64,000 nt of DNA from the NCBI RefSeq assembly GCF_001194135.2, contig NC_068981.1:43555205-43619204 (forward strand), written 5' to 3'. This stretch comes from Octopus bimaculoides. Its lineage: Eukaryota. Below, piece after piece: positions 12,761 to 27,331 of this stretch. Position 1 is the first letter of the stretch. Each line of letters begins with the position of its first letter. Under the pieces are notes generated by a model. That model saw nothing but the letters and a program-made list of their open reading frames with translations, was not told the DNA's origin and did no database searches. The position numbers and the translations under genes are program-made.

Positions 12761-13056
12761 TTCCATACAATTTTTAATCTTTTTATAAAAGTGGAAGGAT
12801 TTTATGTATTTATTTATTTTGACTGACCATCTGTGGTGTGACCATGTCAGGAAACAGGACTTGGAAGCTATCATTTTGTGTTCATGTAAATATAAGTTTG
12901 ATAATTCAAAAGATTTATCCAAGTCTCCAGTAATTTTCTTCCATGTAAATAAATGTTTATGTTAGTTTAAAAGATTTATCTAAATTTGTTGTATGTACAT
13001 AGATTTTGTATGTATTGTCTTCCATAATTTTTAATCTTATATGGTCGTATAAGCCT

Positions 13057-13113
<57 letters not shown>

Positions 13114-13134
13114 GTATATGTATGTGTATGTCTT

Positions 13135-13325
13135 CATATCTGTGTTTGTCCCCCATCACTGTTTGACAGCTGGTATTGGTATGTTTAAGTCTTTGTAACT
13201 TAGCATTACAGCAAAAGAACAATAAAGTAAGTACCAAGTTTATGGGTTGATTAGTGTGACTAGGATTCCTTGAGGTGGTGCCCCAGCATGGCTGCAGTGT
13301 AATGACTGAAACAAGTAAAAAAAAT
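13135..13325 (+). mobile_element. SINE family A 3' half, diverged
   Basis: Homologous to 54490-54678. Confidence 0.75.
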
Positions 13326-14382
13326 AAAAGGATAATGAAACACTAAGCAGTTTTGTATCATTGAAGTACATATTAATGGCTAAGGAGACTGGACATTTTG
13401 TGAATAGTTTGGCCACAAACACAAATGAAAGGAGATGATGGAATTATTGACTTAATTGTTTGTTGAGTGTCCTCAGCACTTATTAGTCTATGTATCTAAT
13501 TATGTCTAAAATTTGCTTAAAATTATCAATTCCTTGATCACAAATATTACAAATCAACAACAGAACAACTGTAACATGACTATCTGTGAGCAATATTAAT
13601 TTTATCATCGTAAAATATTACATAAATTAATATTTAAGGTGTTTGTAATATAACCCCAGAATGATTTCTGTTATTTGTTTTTGTCTTATATTATTTTAAT
13701 GTTTTTATCATATATTATTGATAATCATTATATATATATATATATATTTCTACTATCATGGCAGTATAAGTATATTTAACAGTATTAAAAATAGAAAACT
13801 CTCAAAGGATGTAAAATTTTTTATAATTGTCGAGAAGCTAGAGGTTAACTTCGAGGTTAACCAGTTCAAAGCTCAAAATAAAGTTACATATCTAGTATGA
13901 CATGAGAATAAAATATATCCAATGTGTTAATTTCAAGTAAAGCTTAATAGTATAATTAACTGAGCAATAATTATCTTGTCAGTAACACATGCATTGTCTT
14001 CAATAATTTTGAACTTACAATATGTTATCTTTATACCGTATGTTGTTTATTAATGTCACTTATACAATTCTATAATGTATTTCTGATTGTACCGGTTCAA
14101 GCAGATTTAAAGTATATCGGTAGTTGTACAAATGACTTGTAGAAATTCACTGAGACATTGTTTCAGACATTCACTAAAGCATTGCTTCCATTTAGTTAAT
14201 AATTATGTATCACATTGTCAAATTCAATGGGTTATTGCAAGTGATGTTGTGATGCAAATGATTAAGATGACCAATGTAGGATAATGGTAGGCAAAAGTAA
14301 ATGATTAAGTCTCAAAATACTGTATTTGATGGCATAAGATATGTCAACATATTGGTTGCACCTTAATTTCAGCAGTACATAT

Positions 14383-14605
14383 ACTCTTTTACTCTTTTAC
14401 TTGTTTCAGTCATTTGACTATGGCCATGCTGGAGCACTGCCTTTAGTTGAGTAAATCGACCCCAGGACTTATTCTTTGTAAGCCTAGTACTTATTCTATC
14501 AGTCTCTTTTAGCTAAACCACTAAGTTACAGAGATGTAAACACACTAGCATCGGTTGTCAAGCGATGTTGGGAGGACAAATACAGACACACAAACACACA
14601 CATAC

Positions 14606-14642
<37 letters not shown>

Positions 14643-14800
14643 CATGACAGGCTTCATTCAGTTTCCGTCTACCAAATCCACTTACAAGACTTTGGTTGGC
14701 CCAAGGCTATAGTAGAAGACACTTGCTCAAGGTGCCATGCGGTGGGAATGAACCCAGGCCCATGTGGTTGGTAAGCAAGCTACTTACCACACAGCCACTA
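14383..14800 (-). mobile_element. tRNA-derived SINE family A, full length with internal (TA)n
   Basis: Reverse complement aligns end to end with 54293-54678. Confidence 0.9.
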
Positions 14801-15559
14801 CTGTGTCTGCAGGAAAAAAAATCTGAGTGCCTTCAAGCATGTAATACTGGTCAAACCTTACATGTAAGTTCTAGAGTGATTTTTGTGACACAATTTTTTG
14901 GTGAAACAATGTACATCTTATATGCCATCAAATATACTATGTCTTCACCCTCATTAGAAGGCATTGGACTTGGTTACTGGAGTGTGATATGATGAAATGT
15001 CGTTTGAAACAATTTGCTAATGAACAAATTGCAGTGTCTTTGAAATTGTTGTGTGGTCTATTTTTTCATTTAATGCAGAATAATAAGGGGACATAGGATA
15101 TGAGGTGAAGTTCAAAAATATTTATATTGAAGTCACTGATGTAAATGTTCTTTCACAGAGCTTGCGGATAGGAGAGAAACTTTTAGCTCTGTGGCACCAA
15201 AAAACTATCTAAGCTTGATAAGACAGACACAAGTCTGATAAATATGGAAATAATACCAGAAGAACAATTTAACATGTAATAATAAATCAGAGTTGAAGAA
15301 TTTTTCCAAGAGAATCAGTATAGTTTATATTCATGACCTTAAACTGAATTTATTTATTTATCGTTGGAGTAATTTTTAGTTCTGTAGCTTCTTTACATGA
15401 TGTTTTCAAGTTTTTTTTTTTATTTTTATTTTTCAGAATATTATCACTATATATTATGATTTGCTGAAATATGAGGAGACATTAAAAAAAAATTCTTCAA
15501 GAAATATAGAAATATAAACACACAAAAAAGGCAACACATAAAATAAATAGTATGTATAT

Positions 15560-15572
15560 ATATACCCAACAG

Positions 15573-15628
<56 letters not shown>

Positions 15629-16037
15629 GCCCATATATGCATACAAATATACATATATATAATAAAGGAAAGAAAATGCACAGAGTTTACATAGTTTATA
15701 TATATATATATATATAGATATATATATATATACATACATACACATATACACAAATATACATATATATAAGTATGTGGATGTATATGTCATTGTGCATATC
15801 TATTTCTCTTTCCCTCTCTCTCTCTCTACAAATATATATATATATAGATAGATAGATAGGTAGATGGATAGATATAGATATATAAGATAGATAGGATACA
15901 TAGATAGACTGATGGGCATATATATACACACATTTATATGTGTATGTATATAGATATTAATATATATACGTATATATATATGTAATTATTAATATATTTA
16001 TATACATATATATATATGTGTGTGTGTGTATGCATAC

Positions 16038-16073
<36 letters not shown>

Positions 16074-16122
16074 ATATGTAATAAGTAATCATGATTAGAT
16101 GTGTGTATACATACATAGATAT

Positions 16123-16155
<33 letters not shown>

Positions 16156-16156
16156 G

Positions 16157-16187
<31 letters not shown>

Positions 16188-16219
16188 TATATATGCACAC
16201 ATATATACACATATGAATG

Positions 16220-16278
<59 letters not shown>

Positions 16279-16974
16279 ACACATATATATATATATATAT
16301 CCATATATATATATATATATATGTATATGTATATATATATATGGTTGTGTCATTCTATGCATACATAGATACACACATATATACACGCACACAAACAATG
16401 ATATATATATATATTATACACATACGAAAATATGTAGTTATATTTTAACATACACACATGCATATATATATGTATATACATAAATACACACACATGCATT
16501 AATATAAACTTTTACGTCCACACTCATACACACAAACATATATATATCTTTTTTATATATTGATAAATTTCTGTCTGTCCCACCCAACATTACATATGCC
16601 AACACTAGATGTTCATTAAATCAACTGTTATTTTCTCGTTTTACAACCAGCGTAGTAACTTCTTAACGACAAACATCTTCACGTCTGCAATATTTTCTGA
16701 TATCTCTTTATTGTAACGAAATATTTTTTATATCATATTTTAAATATTCCAAAAGTGCTTATTTTTGTATGTGCATAGATCTATGTATATGCACACTTAC
16801 CAGTATATCAATGTATGTATGTATGTATATATGAATCTATATGCATATATAAATTAATATATGCACTTATCTATAGACACACACACATTTCAATATATAT
16901 ATAGATCCAGTTGCTATATATTTTTGTGTGTGCTTATATATACATATCTATCTATCTATCTCTTTCTCTCTCTC

Positions 16975-17024
<50 letters not shown>

Positions 17025-17620
17025 CACATTTATAGAAACATATGTGTACATATACATGTATACTTATATCTATGTATATATATATTTATATATATATGTA
17101 TATATATATATGTATATATGTATAAATCGTCCAACCCATGCTAGCATGGAAAGCGGACGTTAAACAATGATGATGATGATGATGATATGCACACACACAA
17201 GCACTCACGTATATATATATATCTACAGTTATTTATGTTTTCACTCACATTTATCAACCACCTTTTGTGTAATATACACATGCATCTGAAGTCCACATAT
17301 TTAAACATCGTATAGGGGAGCACATACAGATAAAGAAGTGCATGCATGTGTGTGTATGTGTGGGTCGGTGTGGGTGGCTGTGTTTGTATGTTTGTGTGTG
17401 CATGTGGGCAAGTGTGATTGATCAGAACAACAGACTTTCATGTATATTACTCTGTCTCACTTTTCTCTTTCTCGCTTTCAGTGTCTTTTCCTTTCTTCCT
17501 ACTTTTATGCATATATGTATACATATATATAATTATAGATATATATATATTTACATGTATATACATATACCTATATACATACAAATATATATATGCATAC
17601 ACACGCACACATATATATAC

Positions 17621-17664
<44 letters not shown>

Positions 17665-17900
17665 ATATATATATATGCATATGCATAAATGTATGCTTAT
17701 ATATTTACAAGTTTCAGTATATGTATTATATGTAGATACAAATATATATCTAATATATACACACATATAAATATACATGTACACACAGCACATACTCACA
17801 TATATATACCTATATATATATTTATATTTATATATGTATATACCAGTGTGTACTGTGTGTATATATATATATATATATATATACATATATATACACTCAT
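15560..17900. repeat. Extended (TA)n/(CA)n/(TAGA)n microsatellite fields with short unique spacers
   Basis: Directly visible. Confidence 0.9.
17126..17186 (+). mobile_element. Extreme 3' end of RTE LINE with (GAT)n tail
   Basis: AATCGTCCAACCCATGCTAGCATGGAAAGCGGACGTTAAAC(GAT)n matches 27271-27331. Confidence 0.9.
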
Positions 17901-19435
17901 ACGTACACATCTATTATATGTGTTTCAGTATGAATCATCATATAAGTATGCAGATATGTTAGTGTGAGAATGTACAAATGCGTACAGACACGTTTGAAAG
18001 AAGTACACACAACAGATTTACCCAAACACACACATACACACAAACACACACAAACACACACACACACACACACCTGATGCTATAATACCATAAATAATCA
18101 CGATATTTTTTCCTTCAAATTTATTTTATTTCTTCCAAGTCTCCATCACTCCTCACTCTCCTTCTCTTTCTCCTTTTATCTCTTTCTCTTTTTCTCATGT
18201 TTTTCAGCACCCACACATACACACATACACATACATTCATACATAATTTTAGTTTCTACATACCTTCGATTTTTCAAATTCCGTTTTGTCCCTTGTTGCT
18301 CATTTGAAAAGCTATCTAAACGGTTGAACTTTATACCATTTCCATGGACATTAAAATGTTCACATATGACTGTCTACAAATAGAATTTCAATAATGGTAT
18401 ATTTTAACATTAGTGGAAGACACAAAAAAGATTTTTTTCTGGAATTTATCTTAAAATAAATCCAATGAAAGATGAGGAGAATATATGTATATATGTGTGT
18501 GTGTATNNNNNNNNNNNNNNNNNNNNNNNNNNNNNNNNNNNNNNNNNNNNNNNNNNNNNNNNNNNNNNNNNNNNNNNNNNNNNNNNNNNNNNNNNNNNNN
18601 NNNNNNNNNNNNNNNNNNNNNNNNNNNNNNNNNNNNNNNNNNNNNNNNNNNNNNNNNNNNNNNNNNNNNNNNNNNNNNNNNNNNNNNNNNNNNNNNNNNN
18701 NNNNNNNNNNNNNNNNNNNNNNNNNNNNNNNNNNNNNNNNNNNNNNNNNNNNNNNNNNNNNNNNNNNNNNNNNNNNNNNNNNNNNNNNNNNNNNNNNNNN
18801 NNNNNNNNNNNNNNNNNNNNNNNNNNNNNNNNNNNNNNNNNNNNNNNNNNNNNNNNNNNNNNNNNNNNNNNNNNNNNNTATATATATATATATGTAGGTA
18901 GACAGATAGATAGATAGATAGATAGATAGACAAACAGACATACGTTATACTTCTATACTCCTGACACAGAGAATGGGATCATACTCCAATATCTATTTCG
19001 GTCTGATTTTACTTACTGGTTGTCCTTCCTAATGGCAGTTACCTTACAGAGTTTCTGTTTATGCACCAGCAGTATAGAGAATGTCTTAAATTTCGGTTGT
19101 GTAAATAATATTGGAAGCGTGCTGTAAAGGACACACTTTCAAGGTAAGTTACTTTGTACCTATATCTAAGAGAGATATGTGAGAGGATGTAGGGATTCTA
19201 GGAGATGTGATGAAGAAGTTTTAATAAGTCAATTGAAAGACTTCTATAGCTACAATCAGGTGGCAGGGGAAAGAAGAAGAGAGTAGTAGAGTAGGTACTA
19301 ATTGGTGGTGTGTAGGGAGAATGACAGATAAAGGAGAAGGAGAATGGTTTATTGTCAAGTGTTCCTGAGAAAAGATTTCAAAGGAATAGAGTGGCAAGGT
19401 GACATGGAGGTTTGTGTACAGAGGACTGTAGAGCA

Positions 19436-19620
19436 GTGATTCTCAACCAAGGTCTATATGATGCTTGGAGGTCCATGTGAGATTTTGTTGTTAAAATCTA
19501 TGGGCAATAAATTGGTTATATTTCTACAGTACATGAAATATTAAATAAATTTCTTTTCTATACAATTTGTAATAATATCTAAGTATAAAAAATTAATTGC
19601 TATCCTACATTTTAAAGGTT
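19436..19620 (+). mobile_element. Partial hAT-like MITE
   Basis: Starts CAGTGATTCTCAACC (Charlie-type TIR); the other end was not found. Confidence 0.35.
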
Positions 19621-19924
19621 AGTATGAGCAAGAAATGTGGAAAAGACTTCGATAGAAAGGAATCCTGAGAAAATCACAAAAAAAGAAACAAAGGTGTTTG
19701 TGACTTGGAGTAGGCCAGTGGGATGGGAGAAAGATGAGACAGAATATTGAGCAAGCAAAGATTGAGGAAAGGGCAATGAGAGGAAAGCAAGCAGTAGGCG
19801 AAGAAGCAGTGGGTGAGTGCATTGAGCAAAATGAGGGAGCAAAGGATGAGTGAAGGGGAGTAATATCTATTTGTGAAAGCTTGATTTAACACTATGATAT
19901 TTGGGGTTATCTTATTTTATCTTC

Positions 19925-20153
19925 CATTTTTTACATGTTTCAGTCATTGGACTGTGGCCATGAAAGGCCACCACCTTGAAGGATTTAGTCAAGCAAATTG
20001 ACCCCTCTAACTTTTACTCTGATACCTACTCTATTGGTCTCTTTTCTTGACCCACTAAGTTACAGGGACTAAACAAACCAACACTGGTTATCAAGCAGTG
20101 AAGGAGCATCAATACATGCACAAAGCACACAAACATATAGATATATAGATGTA

Positions 20154-20211
<58 letters not shown>

Positions 20212-20400
20212 CATATGTTACAGGTTTCTTTCAGTTTCTGTCAAAATCCCCTCAGAAGATTTCAGTCAGCCCAAGGCTACAATACTAGACACTTGCTCAA
20301 GGTGCCATGCTGTGGGACTGAACTGAGAACCATGTGGTTGGGAATTAATCTGTTTACCACATGCTTGTGCCTATGCACACAGCCATACCTGCACCTATGC
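19925..20400 (-). mobile_element. SINE family A, diverged full-length copy
   Basis: Homologous to 14383-14800. Confidence 0.8.
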
Positions 20401-20526
20401 ACACAGCCATTTCTACACCTATGTATGTGTGTATACAATCACCAGAATAATTGTAAATGTATGTGTATGCATGATGTTTATGTTTATGCATAGTAATGTA
20501 AATTTATATATAGAGGATGTATGGAG

Positions 20527-21077
20527 TGTTGGGCCTCACAGAGGCATTGACAAGCGACCAGGGCCTTTGGAAATATGCTGTGCTTGAGAAGACCCGGCAA
20601 GTCAAGTGAGATCATAGCCATGGCCTATGCCAGTGTCACATAACCAGCCCATTTAAAAGTACCCTTCAATTGTTGGGCAATATGCTGTAGTTGAGAAGAC
20701 CTGTTGAGTCAAGTGAAATCATTGTTGTAGCTGATGCCAATACTGCCTGATTGGCACCCATGCTGGTGGCATGTAAAAAGCACCAATTGAGTGTGGTTGA
20801 TGCCTGTGCTGCCGGACTGGGTCCCATGTCCATGGCATGTATAAAGCACCATTCAAGCATGGTTGATGCCAGTGCCACTGCCTTGCCTCATGCCAGTGGC
20901 ATGTAAAAGGCATCCACTTCATTCTCAGAGTGGTTGGCATTAGGAAGGGCATTCAGCTGTAGAAACCTTGACAGATCAGATTGGAGCCTGGTGTAGCCTC
21001 CTGGCTTGCTAGTCCTCAGTCAAACAGTTCAATCCATGCCAGCATGGAAAGTGGACATTAAACAATAATGATAATGA
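20527..21077 (+). mobile_element. RTE LINE 3' fragment
   Basis: Homologous to 780-1302; three ~65-bp UTR units. Confidence 0.88.
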
Positions 21078-21229
21078 TATATATATATATATATAATCAC
21101 AAAAAACTGCTACTCAGAGTTTCACATTCCTGTTCATTGAACAGCTTTTCTCTGGTGCCAAGAAAAATGTATTTCGGTTTTTTAGAGTGAAATAAGTCAT
21201 TTTTTTCATACAAAGAATAAACTTTAATC

Positions 21230-22262
21230 AATTATATATTTTCTATTTTGTTTGATTATCTTTGGCTATCTTTCTAGCAACTTCATGATTCCATGCTCAT
21301 AGAACTTCTGGTCCTTATCAGCCAAAAGCTGAAGCAAGTGTGATTTCAGATCATCATTATTATTCAAAGTTTTACCATTCACAGAATTTTGCAAACTTTG
21401 AAATAAATAGTAATCTGATGATGCAAGGTCAGGGCTATATGGTGGATGTGACATCACTTCCTATACAAGCTACAATAATTTTTTACGAGTTAGCAAAGAT
21501 GTGTGTTGTCTAACTTTGTCATGGGATGGTGAAACACAATTCCTTTACAATTTACCAATTCTGGCCGTTTTTCTTTGATTGCTCCTCTAGTTTCATTAGT
21601 TGTTGACAGTAAACATTGGAATTGATCGTTTGGTTCCCTGAAAACATCTCAAAATACACAACACCTTTGTAATCTCACCAAATTGACAGCATGATCTTTT
21701 TGGGATGCAATTCAGCTTTCAATGTGATTTGTGCTTGTTCATTATGCTTAGACCATGATCGTTTTCGATTTTCGATTGATGTTATTGTAAACAATCCACT
21801 TTTCATCACCAGTGATGATTAGTTTTAAAAAAAGTTGATTTCATTGTGTTTGAGATGCATATCACAAATATTGGTTCATTGTGTTAAGTGAATTTCTTTC
21901 AATTTAGGTGGAACCCAAATATCGAGCTTCTTAAGAGCTTCAAGACATTTTAAATGATTTTCAATTGTTGTGTGGGATACATTTAACCTCTCTGCAATTT
22001 CTCGCACAGTTATATGACAATCAGATTCAATTATGACTTGGATTTGGTCATCATCAACTTCAATAGGTCGACCAGAATGTTAGTCATCTTTGAGTGAAAA
22101 ATCTCCAGAAAGGAATTTTCTAAACCATTTCTGACATGTGCATTCTGTTAAACAACCAGCACTATAAACTTCACATATCTCTTTGTGAACCTCAGCAGCG
22201 TTTTTGCCTTCATGGAAATAGAAAATCAAAATATGGTGAAAATGTTCATTTTTGCACTTCAT
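21230..22262 (-). mobile_element. Mariner (DD34D) transposase remnant
   Basis: HTH region GKNAAEVHKEICEVY...QKWFRKF..GDFSLKD, IITGDEKWI, HDK, and HPPYSPDLASSDYYLFQSLQN; multiple stops. Confidence 0.92.
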
Positions 22263-22316
22263 GTTAAAACTGACACTGAACTAATAGCTGAGGGGCTGAG
22301 GGCTGATATATGTGTG

Positions 22317-22373
<57 letters not shown>

Positions 22374-24469
22374 TTATTTATTTATATATTTGTTGTCTGT
22401 ATGTATAAACTTCTAATTAATTTTGCTATTAAGTGAGTGTATTTTTTTGTGTATGTATGCATGCCTATGTACTGTAATGTCATTAAGACCAATTAGCTGT
22501 TTTTTTATTAATCATTTAAAACTTTTTTGTCTTCATTAGTGTATTGATGCCTACGCTTTAACTCCTGGTCATTCAGCTAGTCTGCAGCTTTTCTATGATG
22601 ACAATCATATTATTTATTACAGGACACAAACTGTCCTTCAAAAATAAAATTCAATGTCTGAAAAGTGATATGGCTTTTTGGCCATTCTTTTTTCAAGCAC
22701 ATGCCTCCATTAATTTAGTTACTTTGTAAAAGTGATGACTGATTCGTCAAAAACTTTAATACATTTTTCCCATTTTGAAAATTATTATTTCTTAAAACTC
22801 TTGCTTTTCATTAAATCTGTTTGTAAATATTTTTATTCTCATAGATTGATCGTACTTTGCAAATGGATAGCTGAATATCATTTGATGAAATGGTGCAGTT
22901 ACACAATAACACAGAATTACATGATGTAATGTAATGTACTTTACATTGTTAATGAATAAGCATGCTATTGGAACATGAGCAATGGTATTTTGAGTTATCC
23001 ATTCTTATTTGTTTACTAAATGGTATACTGCTTAATATGTACCAATTATACTGTTGCTGCATATATGAATTTGCAAAATGTCTGTTTAACTTTGTGTAGA
23101 TCACTATACTGCACAGTCGAAGGATATTGAATATCTTCATGTATATTTTTTTTAAGTAATTTATTAAGCTCAGATATGCAGAGGTGCTCTTAAAGTAATT
23201 GGCCAAGATCTATTTGATTTCCATTGCGTTATATGTCAGTCCTGATTCAACTACTCTGATAAAATACATTCCTATCAAGACCAACATATCTTATAGGTCA
23301 TATATGAAGGTTATCAGATTATGCCGTATGACTTTCTCTATGACAGCAGGGTATGAGTTGAGGTAGATTTAGTCTCTATATCTTCCGGAGTGAATTATTT
23401 CGTAGAGGCTTGATCTCCTTTGTTGGATCATTGGCTTAATCTCTTTTGTTGGATCATCTAGAGTTGTTTCCCTTATTTATGAAATGATTAGAATAACATC
23501 AGTTTTGCATTAAATTTGTCTTTTCCTCACTGCATATGAATAATCAATATTCAATGTTGACTACATGAAATAATCTAACACTAACTTAAATATTTTTCTC
23601 AGCTGGAGGTTGTGTTTTTCTTTTGCTTGACAATTTGCCAGATGTTTATAATGACACTCCTTCATTTGGATTAATTCTGCATTTTAAAAAGACTGATAAT
23701 ATAGAGAAATAAGAAGATATATGATCAAAAGATATGTCTCCCTTAGGGTAATAGTTGGAATTTTCATTCTAATAAACTTTAGTCAAACAAACCTTTTAAC
23801 TAGACAGATAGCATATTCATCTTCGATCTTATTTACAACATTAATTGTTTTCCAACTTCAAAGAAACCATAACTACACTTTGCATACAATATTTATATAC
23901 TATGAGCCAAGAAGAGAGCCTCTAAAGTGGTCATTCAGAATGCTAGAAATAGTCACTAAATCTCCCTTAAATTTCACCTAACCATCTTAGATAAGAAGAA
24001 ATGACTTGTCAGATAATAGTGTCCAAGATACTGCTAAACATATCAAGAGTGGAATGCTTGAGGTCATAGATCTTTTCATTCAGGGTTTACCTGAAATTAC
24101 ACAACAATAGCAAAATTTTTATACTGTAAGCCAAGAAAAAGACCTCAACAGCATCATTTATTCTGCTAGAAAGAACAGCCAAATCTTCATAATCACAAAG
24201 AATCCTATGTCATCTTAATGTTAGGTTTGTTTAGGAATTCTTTGTCCAGTGTGCAGTCATAAAAAATGGTTTTATGTAGGTATCTGAATTGGAAGGGTTC
24301 TGCTGACTTTTGATGCTATTAGGAGAAGAAAAAGCAGTGGATGACCTCAATCTTATGGAGATTAAGTATCAGGTTGAGCCTTTAATAAGCTGCAACAGTA
24401 TTGTATAAGCTGCATATTATTGTATCAGTGTAAACTACCACATCTTAGTCATCAGCAAACTATAAGTTC

Positions 24470-24655
24470 AGTTATCTGTTCAGATCTGAGGCTGGTGATG
24501 ACCAGTGGTCTTGTTTCCATCTTCCTAATTCAGTCACAATGCAGTGGTTGGCCGGAAGCTATAGCAGAAGACACTTGTTTAAGGTGTCACATCATGGGAC
24601 TGAACTGAAAACCTTGGAGTTTGGAAGCAAACTTTTCAACAATATAGCCATGCCA
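24470..24655 (-). mobile_element. SINE family A 5' half, degenerate
   Basis: GCTATAGCAGAAGACACTTG..AAGGTG..GGGACTGAAC matches the other copies. Confidence 0.65.
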
Positions 24656-24812
24656 TATATATGTGTGTGCATATGCATGTTTAGCCAAACAGTCATCACT
24701 TTTAGCAATCCATAAGTGTGTCTGGTAGTTGGGCATATGACACTTGGCTAAATTAAATCTTTTTCGGTACAGAGGGTTGGTTGGTTGGTTGGTTGGTTCA
24801 AAATGAAACAAC

Positions 24813-25135
24813 ATGGAGGCGACAGTGGCACTAGTAGTGTGTGTGAGAATGCCTACAAGAAGGCCACATTGTTTGTTCTGTCCACTGGCTCATCGAGAGA
24901 ACTCGCTGAGTAGCATTGATGTGAGTGAAAGAACTACGTGCCGAGAGAGTTCTAAAGCAAAGGAAGGAAAATTCATGAGAAATGGTGACTGTCATGCTTT
25001 ATACAAATGCCAAACTGGAAGCAGAAGGAAATGTCCCATTCTAACCAATCACAGAGAACGACACAAAAGGTACAAGAACACAAATTCGACTGAGCCAACT
25101 TTGAAATGGAGAAATGTATGTTTGCATGCTAAGCC
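24813..25135 (+). pseudogene. Possible degenerate L1/Tx1-like non-LTR 3' coding end
   Basis: Frameshifted H-LFV-CPLA resembles the C-terminal zinc-binding motif, followed by ...KWRNV. Resemblance only. Confidence 0.3.
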
Positions 25136-25731
25136 AATATCAAACACAGAACTACTACACATGTGTGTGCTTGGGTGTATGTATGTGTTTGTGATTTCTT
25201 TCCTTTGCATTGTGCAACAGTTGCTAATAAATATTAATGTCATACTTGTAGTGATATTTGTTTGTAATTTCTGAAAACATGTCCAACCTTTTTGGTGGTC
25301 AAGAAACAAATTAGGGGTTGGTATCAAGAAAGGTATTCAGCTGTAAAAAATCTGCTGCAATGAATTCCACCTGACCCATGAAAACATGGAAAAGTGGATA
25401 CTAAAGCAAGAATGACAAAATGATTATCTGTGTGCATGGTGTGTTGTGTGGGGAGGTGCTCTAACAAAAGTTTAACTCAGCTTCATATGGCATAGGACAA
25501 ACCCATTTCATTATATATCTGATGTGATGTGTTTGTCCTTCATACCCTCAAAACTTTAAATTTTGAGATGAATCAAACTGATTTTAAAGCATATAACTTA
25601 GACAGGTTTCAGCCAGTATAGGCCCAGGCCATGTCTATGTGTTGGGTGCCTCATTCTTTCATTCGTTCACTCATATATGTAACTATGTCTATTTTTTTAT
25701 CTGTCTGTCTGTTCGCCCCCCCCCTTCTTTC

Positions 25732-25774
<43 letters not shown>

Positions 25775-25902
25775 CTATAATGTATTATAGATATATTCCT
25801 CTATCTATAATAGATATATTCGTCTATCTATAATGTATTATAGATATATTCCTCTATTTACATAATATTGAGATCTCATTCATTCTTTTGTTGTCATATC
25901 AT

Positions 25903-25941
<39 letters not shown>

Positions 25942-25951
25942 NNNNNNNNNN

Positions 25952-25983
<32 letters not shown>

Positions 25984-26577
25984 CATACATATATATATAA
26001 AGTATACAGGAATAAGAGGTGATATATATTATTTATCTATTTATTTATAGGCTCACATCTGTTTCAGATAAGCATTTGGTTGTGTTCATGGTTCAATTTT
26101 ATCGATTGATTGATCTACTGAATGCTATCAACACAATGCTATCTCCCCAGAGTGGAAATATATCAACTGGGTACATACTATGTATCCCTCCATTCATCAC
26201 TTATCCCTTTCCTCCCCCACCTCCAAGAACAACATTCATTCCTCATTATTTTTCTTCATCCATGCTCTTTCATTTTGTGCTGTACTCCATCCTTACACCT
26301 CTTTCCTCCCCTATCTATTCAATGCTCTCAAATATCTAACATAACCCCACTCCCACCGAGCCATTCCTATATCTCTCATCTTCAATTACTATAGTCCCCT
26401 TTATTCCACTTAACCACCTCCCCTTACATTCTCATGAAATTTCCTCTTCTGTCCTTCTACTCAATCAAATCCTCTGTATTATTTCACCTGTATTCTCCTA
26501 CCCACCTACTATGACCTTACCCACCACCACCATCACCACCACCACCACCACCTTGTACTGTTGATACTACACTACTT

Positions 26578-26800
26578 TTCCAGGTAGTCTTCCTGTATAG
26601 GTCTTTTTGAGTCCCCCAAAAATGGTTAGCATTACCTTTCCCTTGGAAGATTGAGTCTTGAATTTCTTATTCGCTGGTGAGCCAGGATGTTTCCACTCCA
26701 ATCACTGTCTTTTGGATTCTGCCTCATAATGATGGACCCACATTTCATCTCCTGTGACTATTCTGCTCTTTATTCTTCTTTGGTGTGCATCGCTAGTAGA
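26578..26800 (-). mobile_element. Mariner transposase internal fragment
   Basis: RIVTGDEMWVHHYEAESKRQ*LEWKHPGSPANKKFKTQSSKGKVMLTIF contains the first catalytic Asp region. Confidence 0.88.
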
Positions 26801-26968
26801 ATGGCTATGCTTACACTTTAAAGCCAAAAGGAAAAACAGCAGGATCGAGCTCAAACTTCGATCACATGATCACAATATCACCAACTATAAGCACACATGT
26901 GCTGAAGGCAGTGTGGCAATAATAAAGATATGTTATGGTGAAAGTATGGATAATTTTTGACTTACTGT

Positions 26969-27007
<39 letters not shown>

Positions 27008-27010
<3 letters not shown>

Positions 27011-27331
27011 AGACCTTTGGAAATGTGCTGTGCACGAGAAGACCCGGCAAGCCAAGTGAGATCGTTGCCAGTGCCCCTGGACTGGCTCTTGTGCGGGTGG
27101 CACATAAAAGACACCATTTCGAGCGTGGCCGTTTTCGTGCAGGTGACACGTAAAAGCACCCACTACACTCTCTGAGTGGTTGGCGTTAGGAAGGGCATCC
27201 AGCTGTAGAAACTCTGCCAAATTAGATTGGAGCCTGGTGTAGCCATCCGGTTGCACCAGTCCTCAGTCAAATCGTCCAACCCATGCTAGCATGGAAAGCG
27301 GATGTTAAACGATGATGATGATGATGATGAT
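27008..27331 (+). mobile_element. RTE LINE 3' fragment, CpG-rich (young)
   Basis: Homology to the other copies; follows a (TA)n tract; ends in (GAT)n. Confidence 0.9.

Noticed and set aside
12742-13040. Small local duplications (12742/13004 and 12884/12942)
   Set aside because: Short AT-rich tandem duplications with no sign of function.
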